Positions 42,839 through 45,425 of a stretch of 45,425 nt of DNA are shown piece by piece; positions within the stretch are counted from its first letter, which is position 1, and each line of letters opens with the position of its first letter. The notes beneath the pieces were generated by a model. It was not told the origin of the DNA and did not search any database. It was given only the letters and a program-made list of their open reading frames with translations. Source of the DNA: an uncultured Anaerolineales bacterium (GTDB lineage: Bacteria > Chloroflexota > Anaerolineae > B4-G1 > SLSP01); contig CAYLRT010000012.1 of the NCBI GenBank assembly GCA_964385885.1, forward strand, positions 1 to 45,425, given 5' to 3'. The position numbers were made by a program, and so were the translations under genes.

Positions 42839-44746
42839 TCAGGGGCTCACATCTGCCCATGGTGCCAGCAGCGCTGAAGGTTCCTGTTCTGGACGTCTGG
42901 TCCACCATGGAAGGTTGCCGTAGGATGCGAGGATTTCCTTTTCATCATAGACCTCCAGCATACAATCGTACCAGCTCATGCCTTCGGTCTTTTGGAAATG
43001 CCACCACTCGACATCATAGTAAGATGTCCGCCAATTGGATAATGCGTTGCGACGCTCCCAGCCGTAATCAGCAGCGAGAGTGGTGAAATCAACGTAGTAG
43101 CCAGCCGGTATAGTGGCCTTAAGTGCCCCCCCCTCAGCGGCCGCGACACCGCCACGGGATCTTGCGTTGATATCCCAGGGAGCTTGCCTCAAAGGCTCGC
43201 CCAGGCTTCCATCCTGCTTTCTAGTCTTGATGTACACACGCCAATAGGTGACTCCGCCTAGGTCCTCCCTCACTAGCTCGAGCAGGCCGGACCGCCAGAA
43301 GCTCTGGTCGATGTCAATAGCCCGTCCACATACGTGCCAGGAAATCCTACCCTGGCCAGGCCGAGGGGTGTGATTCATCGGTCGCCAGGAGTCGCCCAAC
43401 TGACCCAGGTAGTCCCAACCAGTCTCCAGCAGCACACGCTGGCGCAGCGCATTGAAGCTGTCATTTACTTTGTCACTCAACCGTTGTGCATGGTCACTTC
43501 CGTTGACATCCGGCAACCATACAAAAGCAGCGTGTTGATCATCCGAGGAGTCTAATAGTAGCTCTGTGTAGAGCGGGCGCTCCTCGCGTTCCATACGGGT
43601 CAGGAGAATCTCTCGGAGTGCAGGGTCAAGGTCAACTGCCCGCCATGTAGGGTCATCGATCCTGTCAGTTGTGCTGAAACCACTGTGCGCCAGCGCCCAT
43701 CCTTCAGTATCTGCGACCACCAGCAAAGATTCAGCCCCTCGGTGGACCACGAAGGCCAGGGCATCCCCCTCCGGAGACCATGTCGGTTGAGTGCCTACAC
43801 CAAGCAGAAACGGACGCACCTGCCCACGAGATAGCGCATCCACGTCGAACGGCACTTCCCAGATCATCTCCGAGCCAGGCACCCCCGAAGTATACGCTAG
43901 ATACTCACCTGAAGGTGACCAAGCGGGAGCGTCCTCGTTAAGATCTGGGGTATGGGTGAGATTGACTGTTGTACCGTCATCCAAGGAGAGGACATAGATG
44001 TCCTGGTTGCCGTCTCGAAACGAGGTAAAGGCAATATAACGACCGTTTGGCGACCAGGCCGGTGAATAATCGGGGGCTGCATCGTAGGTCAGCCTGTGCT
44101 CCTCTCCTGTGGCCATATTCCGAATATACAGGTCGAGATTATCGTCCCGATATCCCTCGTAGACCAGCCATTGTCCATCCGGCGACCAAGCAGGTCCCGC
44201 TTCAAAATCCGGGGTTTGCGTCACCCTGAGAATGGTGCCGGCCGACATCTCCATCAAGTAGATATCCCAAGCCCCAGCTCTTCTTGAGGCAAACGCCAAG
44301 TAATCCCCATTGGGTGACCAGGCGGGGTCTCTGTCGTCCTCAGGGGCGAAAGTAAGACGTAGTAGGTCTCCAGTCTCCTGAGAAAGGAGATAGATGTCGT
44401 TGTTACCGTTGTGCCTCAAGGTCAGGGCGAGGATGCCAGCATGCCCAGGAGAGGTAGCTCGTGGTGCCGGTTGGGGCGCATTGCTCCGGCCTGCGCCCGG
44501 CGTCGCTGTTACGACCACGGTCTTTTCGATGACTATGGGGGATTGCGAGGTGTCTTCGTTGGCGGGAGGGGTATGGATTACGCCAACTGCAAGCAGCATG
44601 AAGAGCCATATGATTGGAGGGATCCGCGCGCGTCCAGGGACGAGGAGCCACGCTAGACATGTCCTCAGAGGACTCGGGTGTGAGCTGTCGTGGTCGCCGT
44701 GCGGGTCAGAGTTGGTGATCATCTGCTGTCTGGCTGGCGTTTCCAA
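42839..44746 (-). CDS. TolB-like PD40 beta-propeller protein fused to a C-terminal LAS/M15-type (VanY-like) peptidase domain
   Basis: Five PAWSP(N/D/S)G-type PD40 repeats after an N-terminal TM anchor. The C-terminal SWHVCGRAIDID (H-x6-D) and EWWHFQ motifs match the metal-ligand pattern of LAS-family peptidoglycan peptidases. Start uncertain: TTG 44746 or ATG 44722. Confidence 0.8.
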   Translation of the reverse strand: METPARQQMITNSDPHGDHDSSHPSPLRTCLAWLLVPGRARIPPIIWLFMLLAVGVIHTPPANEDTSQSPIVIEKTVVVTATPGAGRSNAPQPAPRATSPGHAGILALTLRHNGNNDIYLLSQETGDLLRLTFAPEDDRDPAWSPNGDYLAFASRRAGAWDIYLMEMSAGTILRVTQTPDFEAGPAWSPDGQWLVYEGYRDDNLDLYIRNMATGEEHRLTYDAAPDYSPAWSPNGRYIAFTSFRDGNQDIYVLSLDDGTTVNLTHTPDLNEDAPAWSPSGEYLAYTSGVPGSEMIWEVPFDVDALSRGQVRPFLLGVGTQPTWSPEGDALAFVVHRGAESLLVVADTEGWALAHSGFSTTDRIDDPTWRAVDLDPALREILLTRMEREERPLYTELLLDSSDDQHAAFVWLPDVNGSDHAQRLSDKVNDSFNALRQRVLLETGWDYLGQLGDSWRPMNHTPRPGQGRISWHVCGRAIDIDQSFWRSGLLELVREDLGGVTYWRVYIKTRKQDGSLGEPLRQAPWDINARSRGGVAAAEGGALKATIPAGYYVDFTTLAADYGWERRNALSNWRTSYYDVEWWHFQKTEGMSWYDCMLEVYDEKEILASYGNLPWWTRRPEQEPSALLAPWADVSP

Positions 44747-44831
44747 GCAGTGACAGCGGCAGCTCTGAAATTGCGTTGAAGCCCTTGAATGAGCGAAGCT
44801 TGGGGTCAGTCATCTTCGTTTGTAGGGAGTG

Positions 44832-45425
44832 TCAGTCCTCAAGCCGGGCGGCCTCTGCCGCATCTCTTTGACGTCGTGCCACATGGGATAACAGGATACC
44901 AAGCTCGTATAGCGCGATGAAGGGACCGGTGACCAAGAGCAACGTCACCGGGTCTGTGGTAGGAGTGATTACCGCGGCAAAGATGACTGCTACGAACCAC
45001 ACCACTCGGCGTGCCTGGGCCAGTTGCTTCGAGGTGACTCCCCCCAGGCGTGCAACGACATAGACAACCAAGGGTGTTTGGAAGAGAAGCCCCATCCACA
45101 TAACCAATGTCGTTACGAAGGAGAGATAGTTCTCTAGCGAGTAGGTCGGTTGAACCACATCGCCGAGAAAACCCATCAACACAGGCAAGCTGATGGGAAT
45201 CAGCACCTGGAGTGTGAATAGACTTCCCAGCACGAAGAAGAGAATAACCGCCGGGATGCCGAACAACAGAAGCGAGCGCTCATTGGGATACAACCCTGGC
45301 GCGACAAATGCATAGACCTGATACATAATATAGGGAAGCGCCAATGCAAACCCGGCAGCCAAGGCAATCTTGAAGTAGATGATAGGTGCCTCAGTGGGGC
45401 TAAGCACGATGACGTTCCCCCCTTG
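44832..45425 (-). CDS. tatC: twin-arginine translocase subunit TatC (5' end runs off the window)
   Basis: FALALPYIMYQVYAFVAPGLYPNERS and the downstream TM pattern are typical of TatC. The reading frame stays open to position 45425, so the N-terminus is missing. Confidence 0.9.
   Translation of the reverse strand, partial: QGGNVIVLSPTEAPIIYFKIALAAGFALALPYIMYQVYAFVAPGLYPNERSLLLFGIPAVILFFVLGSLFTLQVLIPISLPVLMGFLGDVVQPTYSLENYLSFVTTLVMWMGLLFQTPLVVYVVARLGGVTSKQLAQARRVVWFVAVIFAAVITPTTDPVTLLLVTGPFIALYELGILLSHVARRQRDAAEAARLED

Noticed and set aside
1-45425. Search for mobile elements, prophage or defence-island hallmarks, CRISPR repeats, and tRNA or rRNA genes.
   Set aside because: I found no transposase, integrase or recombinase-like translation, no regularly spaced short repeats, and no tRNA-like cloverleaf candidates in the intergenic spacers I read. 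This was a by-eye inspection, so small ncRNAs could be missed. tRNAscan-SE and an Rfam scan would settle it.

Overview
This is a 45.4-kb, moderately GC-rich bacterial chromosomal segment. Gene content (DUF2723, MalT/SARP fusion regulator, bactofilin, Hdr-like genes) hints at a Chloroflexota-like organism, but that is a low-confidence inference. I support about 40 protein-coding genes and recognised no rRNA, tRNA, CRISPR array, transposase or integrase. Contents from left to right: (1) two orphan envelope proteins; (2) a ferredoxin-hcp-DUF438/hemerythrin operon divergent from a Crp/Fnr regulator, with a perfect TGTGA-N6-TCACA box between them; (3) a 1077-aa MalT-like STAND/TPR/SARP regulator followed by three small orphan genes with strong Shine-Dalgarno (SD) sites and a long inverted repeat; (4) a long minus-strand array of metalloprotease, murI, DUF4129, a TM protein, MoxR, DUF58 and another TM protein; (5) a divergent promoter region with a tandem palindromic repeat, then a DUF2723 glycosyltransferase-like protein, DUF4446 and bactofilin; (6) the most unusual part, a MoaD-like / tungsten-type aldehyde:ferredoxin oxidoreductase / ferredoxin / HdrA::MvhD / HdrC / HdrB / polyferredoxin cluster. 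It is followed directly by a complex I operon holding only the membrane-arm genes nuoA-H-J-K-L-M-N, with no nuoB, C, D, E, F, G or I; (7) murE, a GT4 glycosyltransferase, a TolB-like beta-propeller fused to a LAS/M15-type peptidase domain, and a 5'-truncated tatC. All functional calls come from reading the supplied translations for family-specific motifs. No database search was run.
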